Source: Eimeria praecox (lineage: Eukaryota). From it: a DNA stretch of 64,000 nt. The stretch covers positions 1,550,001 to 1,614,000 of the forward strand of contig OY986950.1 of the NCBI GenBank assembly GCA_963920595.1. The letters are read 5' to 3'. Below, one piece after another: positions 62,831-64,000 of this stretch. The notes under the pieces are model-generated. The model saw nothing but the letters and a program-made list of their open reading frames with translations. It had not been told where the DNA came from and made no database searches. Within the stretch, counting starts at the first letter, position 1, and every line of letters begins with the position of its first letter. The position numbers and the translations under genes are program-made.

Positions 62831-64000
62831 AGAGGTTGCATTGCTATACCGCCTAGAGAATATCAGTTCAGTTTGAAGCTACACATGAAATGCGCGAACA
62901 GTTGTGCTTGGGTGCCTTGGCTTTACAGTTCGTGAGTCGTTGCGCTCAGGCGAAATCTGTTTGCCATGCATGAGGTGGGTGGCACGCTGAGCAGGACTGC
63001 TGTGATGAGGTGCTAGCCGTGTCTACGTGATGCATTTTCCTATGTGTGTCGCGCAGCGTGCGATGGCAACCTCGATGTTAAACTAGTACTCCTACTGTAT
63101 CCTCTTTGGACGAACTGCAGCCTTGTAGATTCCTTGGTTGGAGCTGTAGGTTTGGGCTCTATGCACATTTGGCCTGTGCCCTTGTGTTTGACGCAACAAA
63201 TTCGCCTGTCTTGTCACCATGCGTTTAGCCTCTTTGGCGAATGCCAAGGATGGCCTCTATTTTGAAACAACTTGAAATATGCAGACTCACGCGTTGCAGG
63301 TTTGGAACCGCAAATTTCGATTCCCGTGCACCTTGAATCTTCGAGGCTTGTTTGGACTATTTTCTGTACAGCTTCCTGCACCATGGATGCATTTAATCGC
63401 CTGTTAGTGGAGGCGTTTGCTCTCGAGCCAGAATAACGCGCAGCAGGTGTTTTGTTTGCTCAGGATGTGAGTCTGTGTTTTACGTTGCAGCCGCTTGCCT
63501 CGCCAGCATGGCTGTGCAAAGGCCACCTAGACTACTCTGCGGGACCCAAACGAGTCTGTACACTATCGTCCAACATGTAGGATGTGCTCATTTGATTTTC
63601 GTGTTTTGGAGGGCACTCGTGCACTTTATTGATGCCTCAGCCAAGAAGTGCAAGCTTTGAACATAAAATATCCTCGTTGCTGTTGTACGTCGGATGTCTC
63701 TTGTAGCTGAGCAGTAGTCTCCAAGCAGCCACCATACGTTGTGACAGCGATGGGGGAGTATGCAAAATCGCACTTCCTACTGTGTTCTACTGTAGGCGGT
63801 GGAAATTGTATGCTCAATGCCTGCAGGGGGGGTCCTGCTGGGTTCTGCAAATTTCACAGTTGGATGGACGGCGCGGCGGCGGCGCTTTACACCATATGCA
63901 GCTTGTGCGTCGCAGTATCTTTGTTGATGGCGCTCTTGCTAACGCGTTGGCGATCTGCAAGCGTCACAAAGGCCGTTTATGTTCCCTATAGTTGTCGAGC

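Larger units (their letters stand above)
29200..64000. repeat. Hierarchical macrosatellite: 8 related units of variable length, running off the right edge
   Basis: The anchor gtgtttta(t/c)g(c/t)tgcagccgcttgcctcgccagcatgg starts at 29786, 36618, 40841, 45441, 49427, 53399, 57820 and 63475 (spacings 6832, 4223, 4600, 3986, 3972, 4421, 5655), and also at 19927. Confidence 0.96.

Noticed and set aside
1..64000. The many 60-250-aa ORFs as real genes
   Set aside because: They are short, overlap on both strands, are Cys/Arg/Ser-rich like random translation, vary in stops between repeat copies, and show no intact domain.
1..64000. Telomeric repeat, rRNA or tRNA genes
   Set aside because: Only isolated agggttt-like words occur, with no tandem telomeric tract, and I recognised no rRNA or cloverleaf signatures. 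A covariance-model scan was not possible.

Overview
This window looks like eukaryotic, gene-free, repeat-rich DNA. I found no credible intact protein-coding gene, RNA gene or CRISPR array. Seen directly in the sequence: (i) a near-identical 4663/4662-bp tandem duplication (about 2.3 copies, 1-10685); (ii) a mostly single-copy stretch (about 10.7-16.5 kb and 22.5-26.4 kb); (iii) a 3.6-kb near-identical segmental duplication (16481-20066 / 26367-29925) inside an older, diverged duplication of about 6 kb; (iv) a hierarchical macrosatellite (about 29.2-64 kb) of 4.0-6.8-kb units, each carrying a variable number of ~650-bp subunits. Inferred from by-eye translation across frameshifts and stops: most of the window is heavily decayed Ty3/Gypsy (chromovirus-like) pol sequence. 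RT, RNase H, integrase, GPY/F and chromodomain remnants lie mainly on the + strand in 1-16 kb. From about 16 kb on there is a long head-to-tail series of integrase-core remnants on the - strand, where I could not recognise RT, gag or LTRs. The ~650-bp satellite subunit itself appears to be one integrase core. Motif comparisons use recalled family consensus, not a database search, and need HMM confirmation. A coccidian (Eimeria-like) source is a tentative guess.
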